Source of the DNA: a virus
Virus record (IMG/VR): IMGVR_UViG_3300032954_000010
Coordinates: 2,453-66,452 of that record
Direction: 5' to 3' (one strand)
DNA: 64,000 bases
Part shown: piece after piece, positions 56,618 to 64,000 of the stretch
Position numbering within the stretch: the stretch's first letter is position 1
How the letters are laid out: each line of letters begins with the position of its first letter
Position numbers and translations under genes: made by a program
The notes under the pieces: model-generated
Seen by the model: only the letters and a program-made list of their open reading frames with translations
Told to the model about the DNA's origin: nothing
Databases searched by the model: none

Positions 56618-56874
56618 GTCTGAAAGCTATTCTCGATACTTGGGCGGAGAAATTGTCCGCCAAAGCGGCCGAAAAGGACACGCCGTTACAAGAAAGCACC
56701 GACGCCTTCAAGGCGGTCACCGCCTATTTTGCCGCCACCCAGAAGCGTGGTAAGAAATCCGGCGACGATGACGAGCCCGCCGATACGGGCGGCTTCAGCT
56801 TTGTGCAAAGCGACGAGGTGATCAATGGCGCCCCCGGACAACGTGCGAAAGTTCGAACCCGTCGAGATTCATGA
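56614..56874 (+). CDS. hypothetical protein
   Basis: 86 aa, ATGA coupled. Confidence 0.6.
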   Translation: MSLKAILDTWAEKLSAKAAEKDTPLQESTDAFKAVTAYFAATQKRGKKSGDDDEPADTGGFSFVQSDEVINGAPGQRAKVRTRRDS

Positions 56875-57121
56875 AGAACAACCGAACCCTGCACTGGCGC
56901 GAGCAGCGAATGCCGCCGCCATCTCGGCTCTAGCTCTCGGCCTGAAGACGCTTTCGCAGCGCGCCATTGCCGGCAGCCGGGCGCTGTTCACGCTGGTTTC
57001 GGTCGGCTCGTGCTTCTGGTTGTGGAACAACACGCCCGATCCGAGCGTCACCCAAATTGCCTCGCTCACGCTCTACGCCGTCTTCATTCTGGCCGCCAAT
57101 TACATCGTGCGGAGAATTTGA
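56825..57121 (+). CDS. small membrane protein
   Basis: Two hydrophobic helices near C terminus. Confidence 0.6.
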   Translation: MAPPDNVRKFEPVEIHEEQPNPALARAANAAAISALALGLKTLSQRAIAGSRALFTLVSVGSCFWLWNNTPDPSVTQIASLTLYAVFILAANYIVRRI

Positions 57122-57600
57122 TGACGGGCGTGCTGCAAAGCGGCAACATTACGCCGGGACACGTCGTAACATGGGCGACCGATGGCGTGATTCAGGACGG
57201 TGGCGCGTTGCAGGCCACCAAGCAGGTTCTCGCCACTCTGCTCAGCGCCGACTTCAACTCCATCGCCGACCAGCCTTTGCTATTGCCTTCATCGATGACC
57301 GCTTTTGCGATCACCGGCATCATCGTTACCAATTCCCAGATTTCGCTGACCACGGCATCGGGCGGGTTTTACCCGCAAACATCCAAGGGCGGCACGGCGA
57401 TCGTCGCCAATAGCCAGGTCTATTCGTCGCTGACCGGCGCCACCAAATTGCTCAACTGCACGATCGAGGCCACCGCGCTCGCAACTTATTATACGCGCGG
57501 CAATGTACCCGATTGGGCGATCTATCTGTCGCTGACGGTCGCGCAGGGCATTAACGCAACAGCCGATGTGTACCTTTTAGGCACTGATTTGACTGCATAA
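57121..57600 (+). CDS. virion-like protein sharing an N-terminal module with the next gene
   Basis: MTGVLQSGNITPGHVVTWATDGVIQDGG. Confidence 0.7.
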   Translation: MTGVLQSGNITPGHVVTWATDGVIQDGGALQATKQVLATLLSADFNSIADQPLLLPSSMTAFAITGIIVTNSQISLTTASGGFYPQTSKGGTAIVANSQVYSSLTGATKLLNCTIEATALATYYTRGNVPDWAIYLSLTVAQGINATADVYLLGTDLTA

Positions 57601-57609
57601 GGACTTCTC

Positions 57610-59517
57610 ATGAAACGCTCTATTGTTTTGCTGGCAGCGTTGTTGTCGGCAAGCCCCGCATTGTGTGCGCAGTCGGTCACCCAATCGGGCAACGTCACGC
57701 CCAATCATGTCTCGATCTGGGCGACCAACGGTGTCATCAAGGATGGCGGCACGGCATCCAATCCGCTTGCCACGTCGTTCGGGGTAGTCGGCGGCCAGAT
57801 TTGCGTCAATAGCGGGCCTACCACGGGTGCCTACAACGCACTTTGCTTTGCCGCAACGCCGACGGGCGGCACAGTCAGCATCTACAACTATGCCGGTGCG
57901 ACCGGCGGCCTGTCGTTCGTCGTCAACGGCGTCACGCAGGGATTCCCGACGATCCCGGTGCCGACAACGACCAACGATGCTGTCTGTTTCGGCAATACAT
58001 CCGGCCAACTGGTCGATTGTAGTCCCTCGGGCATCTGGAAAGGTACAGCGATAGGACTTGGTTATGGCGGTCTGGGCGGCAGTCAGTCGGCGGCGACGGT
58101 GGGGCAAGTGCCGGTCTTCCCCGGCTCGGGCGGTGCCGCAGTGCCCGGTTCTGTCTCGGATATTGCCGGCATCATTACGCTCGCGCAAGGCGGTCTTGGC
58201 GCGAGTCAGGCATCGGCCGCTGCCAACAGCGTGCCGGTTTTTCCGGGCTCGGGCGGCGCGGCGTCGCCGACGACGCTCAGCTCCATTTTTGGCTCGCCTC
58301 CGGCGATCGGCGGCACGGCCGCCGCGGCAGGCAAGTTCACGACGCTCCAGGCTACCGGCAACCTCACAACCAATGTCACCGGCTCGACGCAATGCCTGCA
58401 CGCCAACAGTTCGGGTGTCGTCAGCGGCACGAGCACGGATTGCAATCCGGTTGCGGGATCGGATACGCAAATTCAATTCAACAATTCGGGTGCCTTTGGA
58501 GCGAGTGCCAATTTTACATGGAATGGGTCGGCGACCACAATTACGATTGACTCAATAACATCGAGCATCCTGCAAGATGCTTCGTCTTCGCAAGACAAGC
58601 TAACGATGGGGGCGGCATCGAGCGTCAATCTCAATGGTCTTGCTGCTGCTCCTGGTGCGCAGATAAAGTTCACGCCAAACGCCTCTCATAGCAATAACAC
58701 GTTCGATATTCAGGCGGTTAACGCCCTGCTGCAACTTGACGGCAATGGTGGTGCCATCGACCCCCAAATTCTACTGGCCGATGTATCCTATGCCGTCATT
58801 CCCTATCCCGGCGGCAACCATAAGGGCGGTATCGGCTTTCTCGGCCGCGCTCGCGCTGGCGCTGGCGCTCCAGTTGAATTCAATTTCGGCGTCAATGATG
58901 CTTTAAGCGGATCGCCGGCAGGCAATGAGCAGTCAGTCGCGATCAACATCTACAGCGTTGCTACGCTGGGCGACCAACAGAACGGTGTTTTCTTTTTCAG
59001 CGGCACCGGAACAAATTCGCTCGGCGGGACAATGACGGCAACGACTGCCGGTCATCGCTTGGGTGAAATTGGCGTTACAGGGTCATTGCCAGATGGTAAC
59101 TTCACTCAGACCGAAAGCGGTTCCATCAACTGGTATGCTGATACGACGTTTTCTGGCACGACGATTGATGGTAGCTACACCGCGCTGACAAATGAGGTGC
59201 ATCGTCTTGCTGTTGCCGCTTCATCAGCCGAAAGCATCGTTGGCGGCTGGTATTCGCCCGGTACGTTGGCAGTCGGCGCCTGGGCTGATCATGGCAATAG
59301 TTTTACCGGCGGTCCCGGCACTATCACGATTAAAGATGGCGGCAGCGCCTCGTCACTTTCGGGTGCTACCATTATTACCGCTGCCAGCGGGCAACTGCAT
59401 CTTTATAGCTCGGTTGTCGGCAGCGGGGCTTATGTTCTTACTCAATCCGGCGCCATTACCGGCGGGCATCATGCCTGCTGGAATGCCAATGGCATTCTGG
59501 TCGATTGCGGGAGCTGA
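57610..59517 (+). CDS. tail-fibre-like protein with Sec signal peptide
   Basis: MKRSIVLLAALLSASPALCA/Q; GGLG...VPVFPGSGGAA repeat x2; GSDTQIQFNNSGAFG fibre motif; several Cys pairs. Confidence 0.75.
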   Translation: MKRSIVLLAALLSASPALCAQSVTQSGNVTPNHVSIWATNGVIKDGGTASNPLATSFGVVGGQICVNSGPTTGAYNALCFAATPTGGTVSIYNYAGATGGLSFVVNGVTQGFPTIPVPTTTNDAVCFGNTSGQLVDCSPSGIWKGTAIGLGYGGLGGSQSAATVGQVPVFPGSGGAAVPGSVSDIAGIITLAQGGLGASQASAAANSVPVFPGSGGAASPTTLSSIFGSPPAIGGTAAAAGKFTTLQATGNLTTNVTGSTQCLHANSSGVVSGTSTDCNPVAGSDTQIQFNNSGAFGASANFTWNGSATTITIDSITSSILQDASSSQDKLTMGAASSVNLNGLAAAPGAQIKFTPNASHSNNTFDIQAVNALLQLDGNGGAIDPQILLADVSYAVIPYPGGNHKGGIGFLGRARAGAGAPVEFNFGVNDALSGSPAGNEQSVAINIYSVATLGDQQNGVFFFSGTGTNSLGGTMTATTAGHRLGEIGVTGSLPDGNFTQTESGSINWYADTTFSGTTIDGSYTALTNEVHRLAVAASSAESIVGGWYSPGTLAVGAWADHGNSFTGGPGTITIKDGGSASSLSGATIITAASGQLHLYSSVVGSGAYVLTQSGAITGGHHACWNANGILVDCGS

Positions 59518-59518
59518 C

Positions 59519-59728
59519 ATGAAATATCTTTTCGTCGTTATCCTTCTCTTTTTTGCCGTACCGGCTCTAGCCCAGCAGCCGACTCCTACGGGCCAGCAAT
59601 ATTGCGGTCAGATGGTCGGTAACATGACGATGCAGATCACTGTATTGTTGGATGAAGTTGCAAAACTGAAGAAGGAACTGGCCGAGGCCAAAAAAGAGCC
59701 TAAGCCAGATGCCAAGCAAAAACCCTAA
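59519..59728 (+). CDS. small secreted coiled-coil protein
   Basis: MKYLFVVILLFFAVPALA/Q; GGAG RBS. Confidence 0.65.
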   Translation: MKYLFVVILLFFAVPALAQQPTPTGQQYCGQMVGNMTMQITVLLDEVAKLKKELAEAKKEPKPDAKQKP

Positions 59729-59737
59729 GATGGCCAG

Positions 59738-60772
59738 TTATTTCTGCCCGAACAGGTTTTGCAGTGTGTTCTGCAAGTCCGCGTTGGGCGGGGCACCTTG
59801 CTGGATGCCGAAATTGCCGTTGGGCTGGCCTTGTGCTTGAGCCGCAGGACCGCCGGGCAGGAAAGGCGCTTGCACGGTTGGCGCAGGCGTAACGGCAGCT
59901 TGCTGTGACGCGGCTTCAGCGATATTGCGGCGCCGACGCCGAGGCTGTTCAGGCTGTGAAGGCTGCTGCGGCTGCGCAGAAGGCACAAACGCTTGGGCCG
60001 GCGCAGTCTGCTGCGGCAAATGCTCGATCTGCGCCGGTTGGACAGGCGCCGGCAGCATACCTTCGCGCGGCAGGTCGGTGCGCCCGACCATCGCATCCGT
60101 CGCATGCGTCGCCGCCAGTTTCTCGCGCTGGCCGAACGATGCCTCGTCGATGTAGCCGATGGCGACGAACTGAAGGGTGCCGATCACGCCGGCTTCGAAC
60201 GAAATGCGCGTCGTCACGTCGCACACGTCGATCTGCTGGCCGACGAACTTATTGAGGTAACCGCGCAGATTGGTGCGGCTGTTGGGCGGCACGCGCAGCA
60301 GGAACGGCATTTCGTAACCGGGCACCAGGATTGCAATTTTCTGGATGTCAGCGCAAGCCTTGACGCCCTTGCCGCTCACCGCCGAGACCTTGGAGCCCCA
60401 GGCAGCCTGCGGGCAGGAGGCGCAGGTCGCCGACTGCGGCTTGGCCGCGTTGCGCGACGGCGCGACGCCATTATCGGAGAAGCAGGCCGGCGGCTCGTAC
60501 TGGTTGGCACTCGGATCGAACGGCTTGTCGTAGAAAATCTTGGAGGTGCGCTCCAGCGCGTCGATGATCACGCAGTCGATGTAAGGACCGGTCTTGGGAT
60601 TGTAGGTCTGCACCGGGATTTCGTCACCGGCCGCGTCGATCAGCGATAGCCGGTTGCCCATGATCGAGAGGAACGGCGGCGAGCCGACGCCGAGATTGCC
60701 GACGAGGGTTTGCGCGAGGCCCTTGGACTGACGGTTTTGCAGGTAAGCCGGGAGCTGATTGGTCATTGTCAT
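59738..60772 (-). CDS. putative ssDNA-binding/recombination protein
   Basis: PACFSDNGVAP, CASCP...WGS...GKGVKAC, LLRVPPNS; Pro/Gln-rich tail; in replication module. Confidence 0.5.
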   Translation of the reverse strand: MTMTNQLPAYLQNRQSKGLAQTLVGNLGVGSPPFLSIMGNRLSLIDAAGDEIPVQTYNPKTGPYIDCVIIDALERTSKIFYDKPFDPSANQYEPPACFSDNGVAPSRNAAKPQSATCASCPQAAWGSKVSAVSGKGVKACADIQKIAILVPGYEMPFLLRVPPNSRTNLRGYLNKFVGQQIDVCDVTTRISFEAGVIGTLQFVAIGYIDEASFGQREKLAATHATDAMVGRTDLPREGMLPAPVQPAQIEHLPQQTAPAQAFVPSAQPQQPSQPEQPRRRRRNIAEAASQQAAVTPAPTVQAPFLPGGPAAQAQGQPNGNFGIQQGAPPNADLQNTLQNLFGQK

Positions 60773-61164
60773 GCCTTTCGGATGGAAAAACGAATGATTG
60801 ATGAAGTCTCGATGTTGGGCGGCAACGCGCCGTCATGCGCGTCCATGTATTCCGTCAGCGCATCCTTGAGCGGCGGGCCGATCTTGAGCATGGCACCGCG
60901 ACGATCCCAATCCTCCAGTATCCAATCCAGATATTTGGTTTCGTCAAGGATTTTTGGTGTGATGATGGTCGAGAGGATGGCGGTACCGGTGTCAGTCTTG
61001 AATGACTTGATGCCCTGCTCGGTCATCGTCGCCGTGATCCGCGCCTGCAATTGTTCCAGTTTCTCGTTGTAAGGCTTGCAATAGTCGCTGAACAGCTTCG
61101 ACTGCTGATCGAGATGGGCTCGTATCTGCTGATGCTCGGCGACGAGGGCGGCGATGTCGGTCAT
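60769..61164 (-). CDS. conserved phage replication-module protein
   Basis: Coiled coil then GIKSFKTDTGTA. Confidence 0.6.
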   Translation of the reverse strand: MTDIAALVAEHQQIRAHLDQQSKLFSDYCKPYNEKLEQLQARITATMTEQGIKSFKTDTGTAILSTIITPKILDETKYLDWILEDWDRRGAMLKIGPPLKDALTEYMDAHDGALPPNIETSSIIRFSIRKA

Positions 61165-61204
61165 AAACATATCCTAACAGGCATTAAAAACGTAGTCAAC
61201 TGTA

Positions 61205-61690
61205 TTATACACGAGCAAATTCCCCAAAAAGCTCTTTGGCACGTTTCTTATAAGCTTGATATCCGGCAATTGGATCATCGAAGTCGCCCAAGTGAAAACG
61301 TTTGTTGTGGCTACCGACTCTAACACGCCATTTACCGTTAGGACGGCGCGTTACTCCTTTGAATCCCGAAGTATTATTGATTCTCAATCGCGTATTGGCT
61401 TGATTAAGAAAATCGTCGGCTAACCGAAGATTCTTCCATTTATTGTCGTGTTTGATCAAATTCTTATGTTCAACGTCTTCCTCGGGCATAATACCTGTTA
61501 CGTAAAACCATGCGAGTCTATGTCCTTTATACTCACGATTCAGAATTTTGATATGGATGTAGCCATGGGTATGCAGGCTTCCAGCAACATCTCCTCGTTT
61601 TCGGCGAGGTGAATTACGTTTCCATTTAAAATGTCCGGTGCGTTTATTATACCACAAAGCACCTAATAAATATTTATGCGTTAGTTTCAT
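61205..61690 (-). CDS. HNH homing endonuclease with AP2-like C terminus
   Basis: YNKRTGHFKW, HRLAWFY, EHKNLIKHDNKWKNLR, NNTSGFKGV. Confidence 0.88.
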   Translation of the reverse strand: MKLTHKYLLGALWYNKRTGHFKWKRNSPRRKRGDVAGSLHTHGYIHIKILNREYKGHRLAWFYVTGIMPEEDVEHKNLIKHDNKWKNLRLADDFLNQANTRLRINNTSGFKGVTRRPNGKWRVRVGSHNKRFHLGDFDDPIAGYQAYKKRAKELFGEFARV

Positions 61691-63297
61691 AGTGCCCCTC
61701 TGCGCACTGCGTCAAGCAATGCCCCTTGTAAACTAATATTTGATTCTACCCTGCGAAATATTTCTTGCTCAAAATTAGTTGCTACTACTTGATAAATTGA
61801 TACAGGATGTTTTTGGCCAGGTCGGTGCGCGCGTTTATTCCCCTGCTCATATAAACGACTTTTTTCGGTTGGGCCACACCAGATAACTGTATCCGCCACA
61901 ACAAATTCGTTGATACCGTGAGCCGTCGGTTGGGGGTCCATGATCATGACTTTAAAATCCGGGTCGGATTCAAAAGATCGAATAAGCGGTGCGCGATCTT
62001 TCTGATCGACTTCGCCGTTGATAATACCGCATTTCCAGTGCTTGGAAAGAATTTTGTATAATAGATGCACCACGCTAGTTAGGCTGGTAAAAATAAGAAC
62101 TTTGTGCTCGGCGCGTTTTACAAGGTATTTTATTTCTTCGTAGCGCGGCGAAGCATCAATTAAGTGGGTAGTATGATCGTCGCCATAAATAGCTCCAAGT
62201 GCAATTTGTAAATATTTGGTGCGTGCGGCTCCTTCATTTGCGGCATTGACCAATTCTCCAGACTTTAGTTCGATCTGCAAATCCCGTTTTAATTTAGCCA
62301 TGTGTTTTTCTTGTTCGACCGTCAAAGCGACCTTACGTATTTGTGGTGGCAATAATTCTGGTGCGTCTTTCCAAACTTCTTGAATCGAAAAGCGAATGGC
62401 TGGAACAAGTACACGACGGGCTTTGTCATATCCATCTTTACGAGGTAGCCATTTGAAGGATCGAGGCGCAACTTGGAACATTGTTTCAGCTCTAAAAGTC
62501 GTAAAGGATTTACCAAAACAATTGTTGACGAGTTTCGACAGTCCATAAGCATTGGCCGGGCTATTGCCGAGTGGCGTGCCCGTTTGGAGCAGTAAATAGT
62601 CGCGCCAACCGAAAACTAGCCGCGCGATTCTATGTCGTTTTGTGGTTGCGTCACAATAAGCATCAGCTTCATCTATAATGATTATTTTGATATTTTTATC
62701 ATTAGCGAGTTCAACAGAAAATCCAGCAAGTTCAAATTTTTTGCGTGTCAAGGCACCGACCCCAACCCCATCAAAATTGATAATTCCAAAATCGGGTTTC
62801 TTGGCGAGCAGTGTGCTGCGTTTGCCAGCGTCACCGTGTAAAATTTCAACAGACCGACGAGAAAGAAGCGCCTTAAAAATAGTCGATGCCCACACTGTCT
62901 CCATGATAGTCATCGGGCAAACAATAAGGGCTCGGCATTCGCCGGGCGGATATTGTGACATCAACCAATCAGCAAACCAGATTTTAGCAAGCGTTTTTTG
63001 CGTCCCTGGATCACTAAGATTAAATCCTTTGCGATGCACAGCATCGAAATTAGCCATTAGTTTTTGGTGTTCGCCTGCGACTATATCCGGCGGCGCGGGC
63101 CAATCGTAATTCTCGTCGGTGATGATGGGCGGTACTGGGTAATCGTAGTGCCGGAGCACTTGAGCATTATGCAGATTGAAGGGCACGGCGATCCGGTCGC
63201 GACCAATCGCTTTCGCCTCCGGCAAAGCCTGAAGCAGAAAAGGATTTTGCGTAGGATAGACGAGAACATTATATTTTTTGTCGTAGATGAAATCCAT
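61687..63297 (-). CDS. SNF2-like superfamily 2 helicase
   Basis: DPGTQKT (atypical Walker A), IIDEAD, QTGTP, HGIN, EQGNKRAHRPGQ. Confidence 0.85.
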   Translation of the reverse strand: MDFIYDKKYNVLVYPTQNPFLLQALPEAKAIGRDRIAVPFNLHNAQVLRHYDYPVPPIITDENYDWPAPPDIVAGEHQKLMANFDAVHRKGFNLSDPGTQKTLAKIWFADWLMSQYPPGECRALIVCPMTIMETVWASTIFKALLSRRSVEILHGDAGKRSTLLAKKPDFGIINFDGVGVGALTRKKFELAGFSVELANDKNIKIIIIDEADAYCDATTKRHRIARLVFGWRDYLLLQTGTPLGNSPANAYGLSKLVNNCFGKSFTTFRAETMFQVAPRSFKWLPRKDGYDKARRVLVPAIRFSIQEVWKDAPELLPPQIRKVALTVEQEKHMAKLKRDLQIELKSGELVNAANEGAARTKYLQIALGAIYGDDHTTHLIDASPRYEEIKYLVKRAEHKVLIFTSLTSVVHLLYKILSKHWKCGIINGEVDQKDRAPLIRSFESDPDFKVMIMDPQPTAHGINEFVVADTVIWCGPTEKSRLYEQGNKRAHRPGQKHPVSIYQVVATNFEQEIFRRVESNISLQGALLDAVRRGAL

Positions 63298-63593
63298 CAG
63301 CCGTCCGGCAAGCCAAGCGCCTCTTTCAGTTTTTCGATGATCATCTCCGCCGAATCGCCCCAGATAGCGATGCCGCCGGCACGTCTTATCTGTCCCATTG
63401 TCGCTTCTTGTCGTGGTGTCGGGACTTTGCCCGGCGCCTTGTACTCGATCGCCACGAACTTACCGACAACGCAAGCAAAATCATCAAGAGCAGGAGCCCC
63501 CAAACCCATCTGCACGGGGCTAAAGCGATACGCGCCAAGCGCCTTGAGATATTTGCGGACGGGTTCACGAGTATAGCCCTCTGGAGTTTTCAT
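63297..63593 (-). CDS. VRR-NUC nuclease
   Basis: TPEG...G.PALDD...FVAIEYKAPGKVPTPRQ. Confidence 0.85.
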   Translation of the reverse strand: MKTPEGYTREPVRKYLKALGAYRFSPVQMGLGAPALDDFACVVGKFVAIEYKAPGKVPTPRQEATMGQIRRAGGIAIWGDSAEMIIEKLKEALGLPDG

Positions 63594-63624
63594 TTTGCGC
63601 GTTGTTTAAGCGGAGTAAATGATT

Positions 63625-63825
63625 TTAAGAGGGCGACGGAAGCATGTGTTTTGGGAAGCGCCGGATACAAACATGGCAATAGTGCTCACCAGATGGTGCG
63701 CCCGATCCGACTAGAAGTTCTATTGAACCAGCCGAAAGCGGAATTAGGCTAAACCACCCAATAGGGTTTTGCTGCTCGACACCGCAGCAGTCGCATTTGT
63801 ATTTTACTATTTGCTCCGTGCGCAT
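63625..63825 (-). CDS. small Zn-finger hypothetical protein
   Basis: CDCC...CHVC. Confidence 0.55.
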   Translation of the reverse strand: MRTEQIVKYKCDCCGVEQQNPIGWFSLIPLSAGSIELLVGSGAPSGEHYCHVCIRRFPKHMLPSPS

Positions 63826-63995
63826 GATCTCACCTTATCCAGTCTTTCTTTATGGGGGCGCGTTCCGCTCCATGTTCCATTATAGTTCAAAATTGGGTTT
63901 CCCAAGCGGTACACTACATACGATAGGCCAGACAAAAGACGATCTTTTGATTCGCTGTTCGGCAACGCTGAAACAACAATTATGGCCTCGAACAT
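63807..63995 (-). CDS. hypothetical protein (may start outside window)
   Basis: ORF track. Confidence 0.35.
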   Translation of the reverse strand: MFEAIIVVSALPNSESKDRLLSGLSYVVYRLGNPILNYNGTWSGTRPHKERLDKVRSCARSK

Positions 63996-64000
63996 TTGAC

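Noticed and set aside
58057-58270. Direct repeat in the fibre gene as a recombination or variable cassette
   Set aside because: It is an in-frame protein repeat (GGLG...VPVFPGSGGAA) typical of fibre shafts.
1-64000. CRISPR array, tRNA, rRNA or diversity-generating retroelement
   Set aside because: No regularly spaced repeats, cloverleaf, rRNA-like segment or reverse transcriptase seen by eye; tRNAscan and Infernal were not run.

Overview
The window is most of a tailed dsDNA phage genome with podovirus-like organisation. The host is probably an alphaproteobacterium (inferred from a CtrA-like winged-helix protein, Tat/Sec-signal proteins and codon style). The replication module lies on the minus strand at both ends: a polymerase exonuclease domain at the left edge, and a putative SSB, an SNF2 helicase and a VRR-NUC nuclease at the right edge. 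This suggests the window is a circular permutation of a genome slightly longer than 64 kb. In order, the window holds: a primase-helicase; a bidirectional array of 22 small genes (3.7-9.7 kb) whose junctions are dominated by TAG plus a short conserved spacer, centred on a palindrome and a catalytically degenerate resolvase-like gene; early genes with repeated promoter/leader units; an AT-rich candidate origin; a block of signal-peptide-bearing fibre/depolymerase-like proteins; lysis genes; a GDP-sugar and glycosyltransferase cluster with an intein-containing GDP-mannose dehydratase; an intact serine recombinase; and terminase, portal, capsid, tail and ejection genes. No tRNA, rRNA or CRISPR array was seen. 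All functional calls come from recognising motifs by eye; no database searches were run.
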